A stretch of DNA of 64,000 nucleotides, taken from Brevinematales bacterium (lineage in GTDB: Bacteria > Spirochaetota > Brevinematia > Brevinematales > JAOACQ01). A program made the position numbers and the translations under genes. Of this stretch, positions 19,752-28,187 are shown piece by piece (position 1 is the stretch's first letter; the number at the start of each line of letters is the position of its first letter). The notes beneath the pieces were generated by a model. The model saw only the letters and a program-made list of their open reading frames with translations, was not told the origin of the DNA and did no database searches. The stretch lies in NCBI GenBank assembly GCA_037479045.1, contig JBBFLL010000005.1, forward strand, positions 42,749-106,748. Direction: 5' to 3'.

Positions 19752-21129
19752 AATATTTCTTAATTACAGAGACTATTTTTCTTTTATCAAAGGTGTTTGC
19801 AATTTCTTTAAACTCTTCAATAATATTTTCTATTTTATCTGGTTCAAAGAAAATATTTTTTTCTTCGGAAATATAAAGTTTCTCAAAATGAGAAAGATGA
19901 AGATTCTCTTTATTACTCAGTATCTCCTCATGAAGTTTTTCACCCTTTTTAAGCCCAGTAAAAACTATAGGAATTTCCTCTTCATTATAACCATACATAT
20001 AAAGCAAATTCTTGGCAATATCGATAATTTTAACTGGCTTACCCATATCAAGCACAAATATATTACCAGAATCTATTGTGAGAGATTTTATAACAAGTCT
20101 TGAAGCCTCTCTTATGGACATAAAATACCTTGTGACTTCTGGATGGGTTATGGTTATTGGACCTCCATTTTCTATCTGCTCCTTAAAAATAAGCCCAACA
20201 CTCCCCCTTGAACCAAGAACATTTCCAAACCTTACAAGACTAAATTTTGTCTTCTTTAACTGATTAAGAGATAAAATAATCTTTTCGGCAATTCTTTTAG
20301 TTGCCCCCATTATTGATTTTGGATTGACTGCTTTATCAGTGGAAATAAGAACAAAATTTTTAACATTGTTCTTCAAAGCCATTAAAGCAGTGTTATACGT
20401 GCCTATGACATTGTTTTTTATTGCTTCATCAGGACATTCTTCCATTAAGTAGACATGTTTATGTGCAGCCGCATGGAATATAACATCAGGCTGAAATTTT
20501 TTTATTTCATAATCCAGTTTTTCTCTATCTCTTATATCACCAATCGTATATTTCAGTCTCTTATCATCTTTATGCCTTGAAATAAGTAAATGTATTGAAT
20601 TTTCACCATGACCGAAGGCAAGTATTTCATTAACTGGCAATTTGAGAAGTTGATTTACAATCTCATTACCTATTGAACCACCAGCTCCAGTTACAAAAAT
20701 CCTTTTTCCATTGTAAAAGGGTGAGATTTTCTCTATATCAAAACCAACCTCTTCTCTACCAAGAAGGTCATCAAGGTTAACCTTTCTTATCTGTCTTAAA
20801 TCAAACGTCCCCTCAACAATTTCGTAAAGTCCCGGAACAATTTTTACGTTTACTTTAAGAGGAAGGACTATTTTAAATATTCTTTGAATTACTTCATCTT
20901 TAGCTGAAGGAATGGCTATCAGAACTTCATCGATTTGATATTTTTTTATTATCTCAGGAGCATCAAAAACTTTGCCAAGAACAGGAAAATCAAGAACATA
21001 TTCTATATTCTCATTATCATCAAGAAAGCCAACTACGTTATAAACCTTTTTCAGCTTCTCATTATTCTGAATGAGTAAAACTGCTAACTGACCCGCTCCA
21101 CCACCGCCAATAATCAAAACATTTTTCAT
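19723..21129 (-). CDS. CapD/PglF-type nucleotide-sugar 4,6-dehydratase, soluble form without N-terminal TM segments
   Basis: Rossmann motif VTGAGGSIGNE, STDKAVNPKSIMGATKR, RFGNVLGSRGSV. The N-terminal domain begins IIGGGGAGQ. The 3' end overlaps the next gene's start by 29 nt. Confidence 0.88.
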   Translation of the reverse strand: MKNVLIIGGGGAGQLAVLLIQNNEKLKKVYNVVGFLDDNENIEYVLDFPVLGKVFDAPEIIKKYQIDEVLIAIPSAKDEVIQRIFKIVLPLKVNVKIVPGLYEIVEGTFDLRQIRKVNLDDLLGREEVGFDIEKISPFYNGKRIFVTGAGGSIGNEIVNQLLKLPVNEILAFGHGENSIHLLISRHKDDKRLKYTIGDIRDREKLDYEIKKFQPDVIFHAAAHKHVYLMEECPDEAIKNNVIGTYNTALMALKNNVKNFVLISTDKAVNPKSIMGATKRIAEKIILSLNQLKKTKFSLVRFGNVLGSRGSVGLIFKEQIENGGPITITHPEVTRYFMSIREASRLVIKSLTIDSGNIFVLDMGKPVKIIDIAKNLLYMYGYNEEEIPIVFTGLKKGEKLHEEILSNKENLHLSHFEKLYISEEKNIFFEPDKIENIIEEFKEIANTFDKRKIVSVIKKYCEEYEGEYE

Positions 21130-21164
21130 TTAAATATTATAAAATTTTATAACATTTTTTGCAA

Positions 21165-22211
21165 TTAAATAATAAACATTGCATCTCCATAGCTAAAAAA
21201 CCTGAACTTCTGTTTGATAGCAAAATCATAAGCATTTCTTATAAGCTCTTTTCCAGCAAAAGCATAAACAAGAAGTAAAAGCGTTGAATATGGTAAATGA
21301 AAATTGGTGACAAGTCTATCAATAACCTTAAATTTAAAACCTTCTTTTATAAATAAATCTGTGTAGGCACTATATGCATTGAAATTTTTGATGTCATTAA
21401 AAAATTCTCCAAGAGTCTCAAGTGTCCTTACAGTTGTAGTCCCGACTGCTGTAATTTTATATTTATCAATGGCTGCTCTCTTTATTTTTTCTATATTTTC
21501 CTCGTCAACACTGAACCATTCTTTATGTATTTTAAAATCCTCTATTTTACCATCTATGGGTTTAAATGTCCCCGGCCCAATATGCAAAGTAACAAAAGCA
21601 AACTCCACCCCTTTATCTTTAAGTGAATCAATAAGTTTTTCACTGAAATGAAAAGAGGCAGTAGGAGCGGCAACAGAACCATAGTATTTTGCCATCACAC
21701 TTTGATATCTTTCATCATCTTCTTTACTATACTCTGATAGACCCAATTTTTTTCTTTTGCTGATAATATAAGGAGGTAATGGCATTAAACCAATTTTATT
21801 AATTTGTTCATATTCAATCTCTTCATTAAACTCAAGTATTCTGAATTCTTCAATTCTTTCAAGAAGAAGTGCCTTAATATCTTCAAAATAAATGTTTGTT
21901 CCAGACTTGAATTTTCGTGAATTTTTGACCATCACTTTCCACTTTTTGCCATCTATCTTTTCTATTAAAAGCAACTCTATCTCTTTCCCTTGCTCAGTTT
22001 TACCAATAAGTCGTGCTTTAAAAACCTTTGTATTGTTGAAAACAATAAGATCATTTCTATTAAAATAGTCAACTATCTCTGAAAACTTTTTTTCTGAAAA
22101 ATTATTCTGTTTTCTATCCACAACAAGTAGTCTTGAAGATTCCCTTGAAATCGGAGGCTTTTCAGCAATAAGTTCTTCAGGCAACTCAAAAAAAAGATCA
22201 TTAATATCCAA
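21165..22211 (-). CDS. queA: S-adenosylmethionine:tRNA ribosyltransferase-isomerase
   Basis: LPEELIAEKP, SRLLV, MPLPPYI, YQSVMAKYYGSVAAPTASFHF, AVGTTTVRTLE and FFSYGDAM. Confidence 0.95.
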   Translation of the reverse strand: MDINDLFFELPEELIAEKPPISRESSRLLVVDRKQNNFSEKKFSEIVDYFNRNDLIVFNNTKVFKARLIGKTEQGKEIELLLIEKIDGKKWKVMVKNSRKFKSGTNIYFEDIKALLLERIEEFRILEFNEEIEYEQINKIGLMPLPPYIISKRKKLGLSEYSKEDDERYQSVMAKYYGSVAAPTASFHFSEKLIDSLKDKGVEFAFVTLHIGPGTFKPIDGKIEDFKIHKEWFSVDEENIEKIKRAAIDKYKITAVGTTTVRTLETLGEFFNDIKNFNAYSAYTDLFIKEGFKFKVIDRLVTNFHLPYSTLLLLVYAFAGKELIRNAYDFAIKQKFRFFSYGDAMFII

Positions 22212-22832
22212 CTATAACTCCTTGAGAAAATAATTCACCCAGTTTTTAAAATCTTTCAAATAAAAAGGTTCCCCATGTCCGGGATAAACGAGAAAATCAG
22301 AAGAAAACTTTCCGATTTTTTCAAGCGAATATTTCATTTTTCTACCATCTCCTCCGGGCAAATCTACCCTTCCAATAGAATCTTCAAAAATTAAATCCCC
22401 TGAAAACATTATTTTTCTATCTTCATTAAACAATATTGTAAGTCCATTCGTATGACCCGGAGTATGTAAATACTTCCACTCTTCACCATCAATAACAAAT
22501 TTACCTTCCTCTTCATCAAGCAATATATCTGCCTCTGGTGAAATAAAATCATTAGCAATAAATGTTGAAAGATTTAAGGATGGATCTGTTAGCATTTTTG
22601 CATCTTCTTTATGAATAACAAGTTTTGCTCCTGTTTTTGACTTAACAATGCTATTTCCTGCTATATGATCATAATGCCCATGAGTATTAAAAATGTATTT
22701 AAGATTGGCTGGTATGTTTTTTATAAAATCTTTATCATCAGAAGCTGGATCAATAGTAAAACTTTCTTTATCACCTTTTACTATATAACTATTAACCATT
22801 AAATCACCAAGCACAAAACGTAAAACTTTCAT
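22212..22832 (-). CDS. MBL-fold metallo-hydrolase (glyoxalase II-like). I prefer the ATG at 22832; the track ORF starts at 22853.
   Basis: NTHGHYDHIAGN (HxHxDH), HTPGHTNG and YPGHG. Confidence 0.85.
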   Translation of the reverse strand: MKVLRFVLGDLMVNSYIVKGDKESFTIDPASDDKDFIKNIPANLKYIFNTHGHYDHIAGNSIVKSKTGAKLVIHKEDAKMLTDPSLNLSTFIANDFISPEADILLDEEEGKFVIDGEEWKYLHTPGHTNGLTILFNEDRKIMFSGDLIFEDSIGRVDLPGGDGRKMKYSLEKIGKFSSDFLVYPGHGEPFYLKDFKNWVNYFLKEL

Positions 22833-22836
22833 AATT

Positions 22837-23694
22837 TCAATCCCTATCTTCAACTAAAAATATTGGAACGGTAGATTTGTGGATAAGAGTTTGTGAAACT
22901 CCCCCAAGAAGCATCTCTTTGAGATTTGTCTTTCCTTTTTTGCCTATAACTATCAATGTCGGATTCTCTGTGGCTGCATAGTTAAGTATCTCTGTAATCG
23001 AATAGCCCGTTGTAAGTAATGTCATAACATTTTTAAAACCTTTTTTCTCAAAGTGTTTCTTAAGCTCTTCAAGTCTTTCGAGATCTTTTTTATTAAAATC
23101 ATCAATTTTATCAGGTTCTGTATATCTAAGGTTTCTCAAATCCTGAACATGAAGTATTATAAGCTTTTGATTACCATTCTGAAGCATTGACTCTACATAC
23201 GGGATACATTTTTCAGAAGAGTGTGAAAAATCTGTGCAATATAGAATTTTTTTAAAAATATCCTGACAGTATAATCCTTCACCCTCTGCTTTACTTTTAA
23301 TTTTATAGATAAGAATTGGTTTTTTTGAATGTTGAACAACCCTTTCAGTTACACTACCTAAAATAACCCTATCAAGAAATGAACTCCCATGAGAACCTAT
23401 TATTATAAATGAAAAATCTCCTTTCTCAGCAAGGTCAACTATCTCTATCCAGGGTATACCTGTAATTATCTTATAATCCACTTTGAGATTATATTCTTCA
23501 AGAAATTTTTTCCACTTAAAAAGCAATTCTTCTTCATACTTTTCGTTTGCAAATTTATTCATTTCCTCAGAAACGCTTAATACATGAAAAAGAAGTATCT
23601 CTTTTACCCCATTTTTTGATAAACCAGCAAGACAACCAATTATCTGCTCTGTTTCCTCAGTAAAAACAACAGGAAATAAAACCTTACTTAACAT
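22837..23694 (-). CDS. Tandem universal stress protein (2 x UspA domain)
   Basis: Two Usp-like halves (IIIGSHGSSFLDRVILGSVTERVVQHSKKPILI and VIGKKGKTNLKEMLLGGVSQTLIHKSTVPIFLV). The start is set at the internal ATG 23694, because the upstream part of the track ORF overlaps a plus-strand promoter and does not look like Usp. Confidence 0.82.
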   Translation of the reverse strand: MLSKVLFPVVFTEETEQIIGCLAGLSKNGVKEILLFHVLSVSEEMNKFANEKYEEELLFKWKKFLEEYNLKVDYKIITGIPWIEIVDLAEKGDFSFIIIGSHGSSFLDRVILGSVTERVVQHSKKPILIYKIKSKAEGEGLYCQDIFKKILYCTDFSHSSEKCIPYVESMLQNGNQKLIILHVQDLRNLRYTEPDKIDDFNKKDLERLEELKKHFEKKGFKNVMTLLTTGYSITEILNYAATENPTLIVIGKKGKTNLKEMLLGGVSQTLIHKSTVPIFLVEDRD

Positions 23695-23788
23695 AAAAAA
23701 TCCTTGAAAATAAAAATCAACCTTATTTTGATTATAGTCAATGGAGTTGATTTTGTCAACATAAAATTTAAAATAAATCAAAAAACCA

Positions 23789-23817
23789 TTGACAAAAATC
23801 AAAAATATAATTATACT
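23789..23817 (+). promoter_or_regulatory. Sigma-70-like promoter of lipoprotein gene 23902
   Basis: TTGACA (23789-23794), a 17-nt spacer, then TATACT (23812-23817). It is embedded in the 15-mer AAAAACCATTGACAA, which recurs at 49422-49436. Confidence 0.5.
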
Positions 23818-23830
23818 TAATTTGTGCATC

Positions 23831-23858
23831 TGCTATATAGCAACTATAGTTAACTATA
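23831..23858. promoter_or_regulatory. Two adjacent perfect palindromes (operator-like) between the promoter and the RBS of gene 23902
   Basis: TGCTATATAGCA (23831-23842) and TATAGTTAACTATA (23845-23858). I checked both to be exact reverse-complement palindromes. Confidence 0.35.
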
Positions 23859-23901
23859 TGAAGTATAAAAGATAGTTTATTTTATATATAGGAGGAATTT
23901 T

Positions 23902-24546
23902 ATGAAAAGAATAGTTAGTTTATTAACTATTTCATTGCTAATTGTTTTTAGCTGTGCAAAAAGTGAAACAACTGTAAAACAGGAAGCTAAAACAGATACT
24001 GCTCCAGTTGAATTAAAGACTGACGAAAATATCTTCCCTATTTACAGTGATGTTTATGGTGGTGGACTTCCTACAGAGATGCCTTTTGCACCTGCTTCAG
24101 GAGCAAAGATGATTGTATATCTCTGGGAAGGAACCTGTAAGATGAAACCAGTAAATGATGAAGTTTACCAGGGTAAAGAAGCTCTTCTCGTAACTGCTGG
24201 TGCAGGAACATGGTTTGGTTTTGGTTTTCACAAAATAAGCCCTGGATCACAAAAAATGGAAGGTTTTGAAAACGGACATCTCAAACTCGCAATTAAAGCT
24301 GCTCCAGGTGCTGGTGATGTAAAAGTTCTCGTAAAACACAGTTATCAAACAGAATCATGGTTAAATCTTGATGCTTATGGGTTTAAAGCTGATGGAAAAT
24401 GGCATGAAATTTCAATACCTCTTGCTGATTTCATTCCACAGATTAACTTCAAAGATGTAAATATTATGTTCGGAATGGCTCAGGGTAATAAATTTGTTCC
24501 TCTTTCAAAATACTGGATTGACGAAATCTACTGGACAAAAAATTAA
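23902..24546 (+). CDS. Lipoprotein with a carbohydrate-binding-module-like beta-sandwich pattern; function unknown
   Basis: Lipobox LIVFSCA with AGGAGG upstream. CBM-like pattern (W.G.GF, HLKLAIK, W.EISIPLADF, YWIDEIYW). Confidence 0.7.
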   Translation: MKRIVSLLTISLLIVFSCAKSETTVKQEAKTDTAPVELKTDENIFPIYSDVYGGGLPTEMPFAPASGAKMIVYLWEGTCKMKPVNDEVYQGKEALLVTAGAGTWFGFGFHKISPGSQKMEGFENGHLKLAIKAAPGAGDVKVLVKHSYQTESWLNLDAYGFKADGKWHEISIPLADFIPQINFKDVNIMFGMAQGNKFVPLSKYWIDEIYWTKN

Positions 24547-24552
24547 TTCATA

Positions 24553-24582
24553 AAAACCCTGTGGTTAATCCACAGGGTTTTT
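24553..24582. terminator. Bidirectional rho-independent terminator between convergent genes
   Basis: AAAA-CCCTGTGG-ttaat-CCACAGGG-TTTTT: an 8-bp GC-rich stem flanked by an A-tract and a T-tract. Confidence 0.8.
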
Positions 24583-24588
24583 ATTTAT

Positions 24589-25323
24589 TTAATAAAAGAT
24601 CATTTCCACATTAGTCATACCAAGAAATAAAGGATTTTGGTTGGTATGAATCCCATTTGAATTTATAAAAAAATAATTGGTGACATAACTTCTCGTAAAA
24701 TAATATAGTTCAGAAAAAGTCACATTTCCATCAAGATTTATATCAGCTTTTTTATTCTCAAGTCCTTTGAGTAAATAATAAGTAAAAAGCCCATGTTTTA
24801 AATCCGGTATTTCTATGGATTCCTCACCTTCCATCGAAGCTGTCATTACAAAAAACCTTCTGTAAGCAACATAAGCTCCAGAAAAACATTTGTCAAAAAT
24901 AAGTAATACCTTCTCACTCTTTGAATTCTTAAGCCAATTATATAATTCTTTTTCGGATATAAAACTATTCATATCACTTAAAGTTGCATCGTAAGGAACA
25001 ATATAGCTAATGTCATTCGTCCTAAGCCCATGCCCTGAAAAGTAAAAGACATAGATATCTTCTGGTTTGAGTTTTTCAACAGTGCTTACTATATCATTTG
25101 AAATATTGAGTTTTGTAGCAAGGTTATTTGTCTTCATTTTAACGGAAAAGTTATTATTATTTAAAAATGATGAAAGACTTTGTGCATCTTCAACGCAATA
25201 GTTTAATCCACTAACATAGGCATAATTCTCAATCCCGTAAATTGTAGCATATCTAGTGGTTTCACCAGTTTCAAAATTAAACAATGAACAGGAAGTTAAT
25301 AACAAAAATAATAAAATAATCAT
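24589..25323 (-). CDS. Caspase-like (peptidase C14, clan CD) lipoprotein with a C-terminal EF-hand loop
   Basis: Lipobox LLLTSCS. Catalytic His context YFSGHG and Cys context LIFDKCFSGA. DINLDGNVTFSE matches the 12-residue EF-hand loop (D-x-N-x-D-G-x-V-x-x-x-E). Confidence 0.8.
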   Translation of the reverse strand: MIILLFLLLTSCSLFNFETGETTRYATIYGIENYAYVSGLNYCVEDAQSLSSFLNNNNFSVKMKTNNLATKLNISNDIVSTVEKLKPEDIYVFYFSGHGLRTNDISYIVPYDATLSDMNSFISEKELYNWLKNSKSEKVLLIFDKCFSGAYVAYRRFFVMTASMEGEESIEIPDLKHGLFTYYLLKGLENKKADINLDGNVTFSELYYFTRSYVTNYFFINSNGIHTNQNPLFLGMTNVEMIFY

Positions 25324-25871
25324 TAAAATATCCTGAAACCAAGACTTAAAGAATACGATATTGACATATTCGCATCACTTCCAGCATCAAAATAATTAAT
25401 CATGCCAATTGAAAAATTAGCAAAAATTTTCTCACTAAAATAATATCCCACCCCAAGACTTCCAGAGATTTCTGGTAAAACATATCTTGGATAATAATAA
25501 GAATATATTAAAAAATAAGGCAATCCACCACCAATGTTCATTTCAAAATAAAATTTCTGAATATCAACATTAAAAATAAACCCTATTCCAATAGGAAGTT
25601 TAAATTTATCTGGATAAATATAACCACCCATTTTATCAGACTCTGATAAATAATAAAAGCCGGGAAAGGTAAACTCAAGACCAAAAAAATTATTTAAAGA
25701 GAGTTTTAAAAAATTTTCAAATCCTCCTCCAAACTGAATTTTAGTCTTAAAACTTTCCCCTTTATAATCATAAAAATTTTGTTCAAGCCCTGCTTTAATA
25801 CCATAGTTCAACTTAACATTTCCATAAGCCATAGAAACAAAAAAAATAGCTACACAAAAAATTTTCTTCAT
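25323..25871 (-). CDS. Small outer-membrane beta-barrel protein (OmpW/OprF-N-like pattern)
   Basis: Signal peptide, alternating amphipathic strands rich in G/Y/F, and the C-terminal sequence LSLGFRIF ending in Phe. Its stop overlaps the caspase ATG (TAATG). Confidence 0.65.
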   Translation of the reverse strand: MKKIFCVAIFFVSMAYGNVKLNYGIKAGLEQNFYDYKGESFKTKIQFGGGFENFLKLSLNNFFGLEFTFPGFYYLSESDKMGGYIYPDKFKLPIGIGFIFNVDIQKFYFEMNIGGGLPYFLIYSYYYPRYVLPEISGSLGVGYYFSEKIFANFSIGMINYFDAGSDANMSISYSLSLGFRIF

Positions 25872-25977
25872 AAAAAATCCTTCATTTATTTTTCCAAAAA
25901 AATCTAGCTAAAAAAACTTCAGGGTTTGCTTCACCTTCTACGAAGGTTCGCAATGACTGTCTTTATATTATCAAAGA

Positions 25978-27018
25978 CTACTTAATTATATTAAACTTAA
26001 TCATCTTTTGCCTTAAGGTATTTCTATGTATTCCAAGCATTGCTGCAGCCTCAGAAATCCTCCATCTACTCTTCTCAAGTGCTGCTATAATCTGAGCTTT
26101 TTCTATCTCTTTTAGCTCATTTTCAGTAATAACAAGATCGTCCTTTTTTACAAATCTTTCATTCTCAAGTATACTGCCCTTTAACGAAATATTGAACATA
26201 TTCTCTGGCAAATCTTTAAGCGTTATTTTGCCATTCTCACTCATTATTATAGCGTGGTGGATAACATTTTCAAGCTGCCTTACATTTCCATTCCAGTCAA
26301 GAGAGAAAAAGAAATCCAAAACCTCTTTATCAATATACTCTATGAGGTTATTTTCCTTCTTTGAATAAAGTTTAATAAAATATTTTGTAAGAACAGGAAT
26401 ATCTTCCATTCTTTCCTTAAGTGATGGAAGTTTAAGGTAAACAACATTAAGCCTATAGTAAAGATCCTCTCTGAATTTAGACAGTCTCACCTCTTCCCAT
26501 AGATTCCTGTTAGTAGCAGAAATAATTCTCACATCGACAGGAATAATCTCAAGCCCACCAACTCTCGAAATAGTTTTGTTTTCTATAACACGAAGCAATT
26601 TTGATTGAAGGTTTAAAGAAATCTCACCTATCTCATCAAGAAATATAGAACCATCATTTGCAAGCTCAAATTTACCAATCTTCTTTTTATCAGCTCCTGT
26701 AAAAGCACCTTTTTCATAACCAAAAAGCTCACTCTCAAGAAGTGTCTCTGGAATTTCAGCACAACTTATCTTGACAAGCCTTTTTGATGCCCTCTTACTT
26801 AACATATGGGCTGCTGTCGCAAAAAGCTCTTTACCTGTCCCACTTTCTCCCTCTATGAGAATGTTTGCCTCACTTCTTGCTGCTCTTTTCAGCTTAAGAA
26901 AGGCATTAATAATGGCTTTAGAATATCCTATGATACCAAAATTTTGCATTTCTCTAACAATAGTTAAATTCTCTTCATCTGGGTGCTTGATCAATTTATC
27001 AAGTTCTTCAATTTTCAT
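25978..27018 (-). CDS. Sigma-54-dependent transcriptional activator (bEBP) lacking an N-terminal sensory or receiver domain
   Basis: The AAA+ core starts about 30 aa from the N-terminus (GESGTGKELFA, ESELFGYEKGAFTGA, DEIGE, RVISATN). C-terminal Fis-type HTH (AAAMLGIHRNTLRQKM). Confidence 0.9.
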   Translation of the reverse strand: MKIEELDKLIKHPDEENLTIVREMQNFGIIGYSKAIINAFLKLKRAARSEANILIEGESGTGKELFATAAHMLSKRASKRLVKISCAEIPETLLESELFGYEKGAFTGADKKKIGKFELANDGSIFLDEIGEISLNLQSKLLRVIENKTISRVGGLEIIPVDVRIISATNRNLWEEVRLSKFREDLYYRLNVVYLKLPSLKERMEDIPVLTKYFIKLYSKKENNLIEYIDKEVLDFFFSLDWNGNVRQLENVIHHAIIMSENGKITLKDLPENMFNISLKGSILENERFVKKDDLVITENELKEIEKAQIIAALEKSRWRISEAAAMLGIHRNTLRQKMIKFNIIK

Positions 27019-27027
27019 AGTCCATCC

Positions 27028-28173
27028 TTATCGATATTCTATAAAGCCCTCTCTTAAATCCTTATATACCCCTCTTGCTTTTCTTTTAACTTGTTCGCTA
27101 TATTCTCCCTCTATTATACTTTTCAAAATTTCTTCTGATTTATAAACTTTCTCAAAATAAACATAAACCTCAGCAAGGCTTATCATAGAATCTGCATAAA
27201 AATTCTTATCATTTTTGAACTTTGCTATATTTTTCTCAAGATCATCAATTTCATCAAGTGTAGCAATCTTGGTTTTCTTAAGTAGTTCAAGTAAGCCACT
27301 TATAACAAGCTTCTTCGTGTCATTATCTGCCTTTGAAAGTCCATCTCGAAAATATATATATCCTTCTTTCTCTCTTTTCCTTGCTATGCTTAATAAACCT
27401 CTATAATAAAGCCTTCTTCCCTCATTTTTTATTTCACTTATTACTTTATCTGCCTTTTCATAATTATTTCTTCTTAACAATAACTCAATAAGATTAAACC
27501 TTACAAGATCCTTCTCTTCTTCTGATATATCTGTTGAGTTAATCAAATTCTCATATTCTTTTACAGCCTCAGCATACGGAAGATTATTTTTAATGTTTTC
27601 TATTATTCCTTTTATGCCAAGATTAGACGGCTTTTCATTTGTAACTTCATTGGTAACTTCTATCTTTTTTTCTTTCTTTACTATCTCTTCTTTCTTCTCT
27701 ACAACATTTGTTTCAAGAATAATATTGATGTAATAATTGACCCTTTTTTTTATCTCTCCTCCTAAATCAACAATATCAAATCTTATCCTGCTATCTTTCC
27801 TTCCCGAAGTAAACAAAAATATTCCTTCTTCTATTTTTGAATCATTTGAATTAAATATTGTGTCCCCTTCTATAGACTTTAATACTACAAATCCATCTTT
27901 ATAAGGAACTTTTATAGTAAAAATATTATTATTTTTGATCCTTACAATCTTATTCTCAGTCTCTATACGTTTTTCAATAGGTAAAGGTTGCTTATCAGCT
28001 TCATCTTCAGAAATAAGCTCATTTTTTTCTTCTCCATTAGTCAAAGCACCTATATCCTTTAAAATTTGCTTCATCAAATCAAAATCAACTTTTTTAATAT
28101 TTCTCAAAAGAATCAAATGTTCCTGACTGCATGAAAAAAACAAAAATAAAAATAATAAAATTCCCTTTTTCAT
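27028..28173 (-). CDS. Lipoprotein of unknown function with a C-terminal TPR-like helical region
   Basis: Lipobox LFFSCSQ. 381-aa ORF packed 9 nt upstream of the bEBP gene. Confidence 0.65.
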   Translation of the reverse strand: MKKGILLFLFLFFSCSQEHLILLRNIKKVDFDLMKQILKDIGALTNGEEKNELISEDEADKQPLPIEKRIETENKIVRIKNNNIFTIKVPYKDGFVVLKSIEGDTIFNSNDSKIEEGIFLFTSGRKDSRIRFDIVDLGGEIKKRVNYYINIILETNVVEKKEEIVKKEKKIEVTNEVTNEKPSNLGIKGIIENIKNNLPYAEAVKEYENLINSTDISEEEKDLVRFNLIELLLRRNNYEKADKVISEIKNEGRRLYYRGLLSIARKREKEGYIYFRDGLSKADNDTKKLVISGLLELLKKTKIATLDEIDDLEKNIAKFKNDKNFYADSMISLAEVYVYFEKVYKSEEILKSIIEGEYSEQVKRKARGVYKDLREGFIEYR

Positions 28174-28187
28174 ACTAACCTGCTTTT

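Noticed and set aside
23695-23829. N-terminal 45-codon extension of the Usp gene given in the ORF track
   Set aside because: The extension is not Usp-like. It overlaps the divergent plus-strand promoter (23789-23817). The internal ATG at 23694 begins directly with Usp-like sequence (MLSKVLFPVVF).
25872-25977. Sigma-54 promoter or small RNA in the relatively GC-rich spacer between the bEBP gene and the barrel-caspase pair
   Set aside because: No TGGCAC-N5-TTGC-like element is present. The GC-rich patch folds as a short hairpin (TTGC..ACCTTC-tac-GAAGGT..GCAA), and on the minus strand a T7 run follows about 10 nt later. It is most simply a weak terminator or attenuator after the bEBP gene, and the support is not strong enough to list it as a feature.
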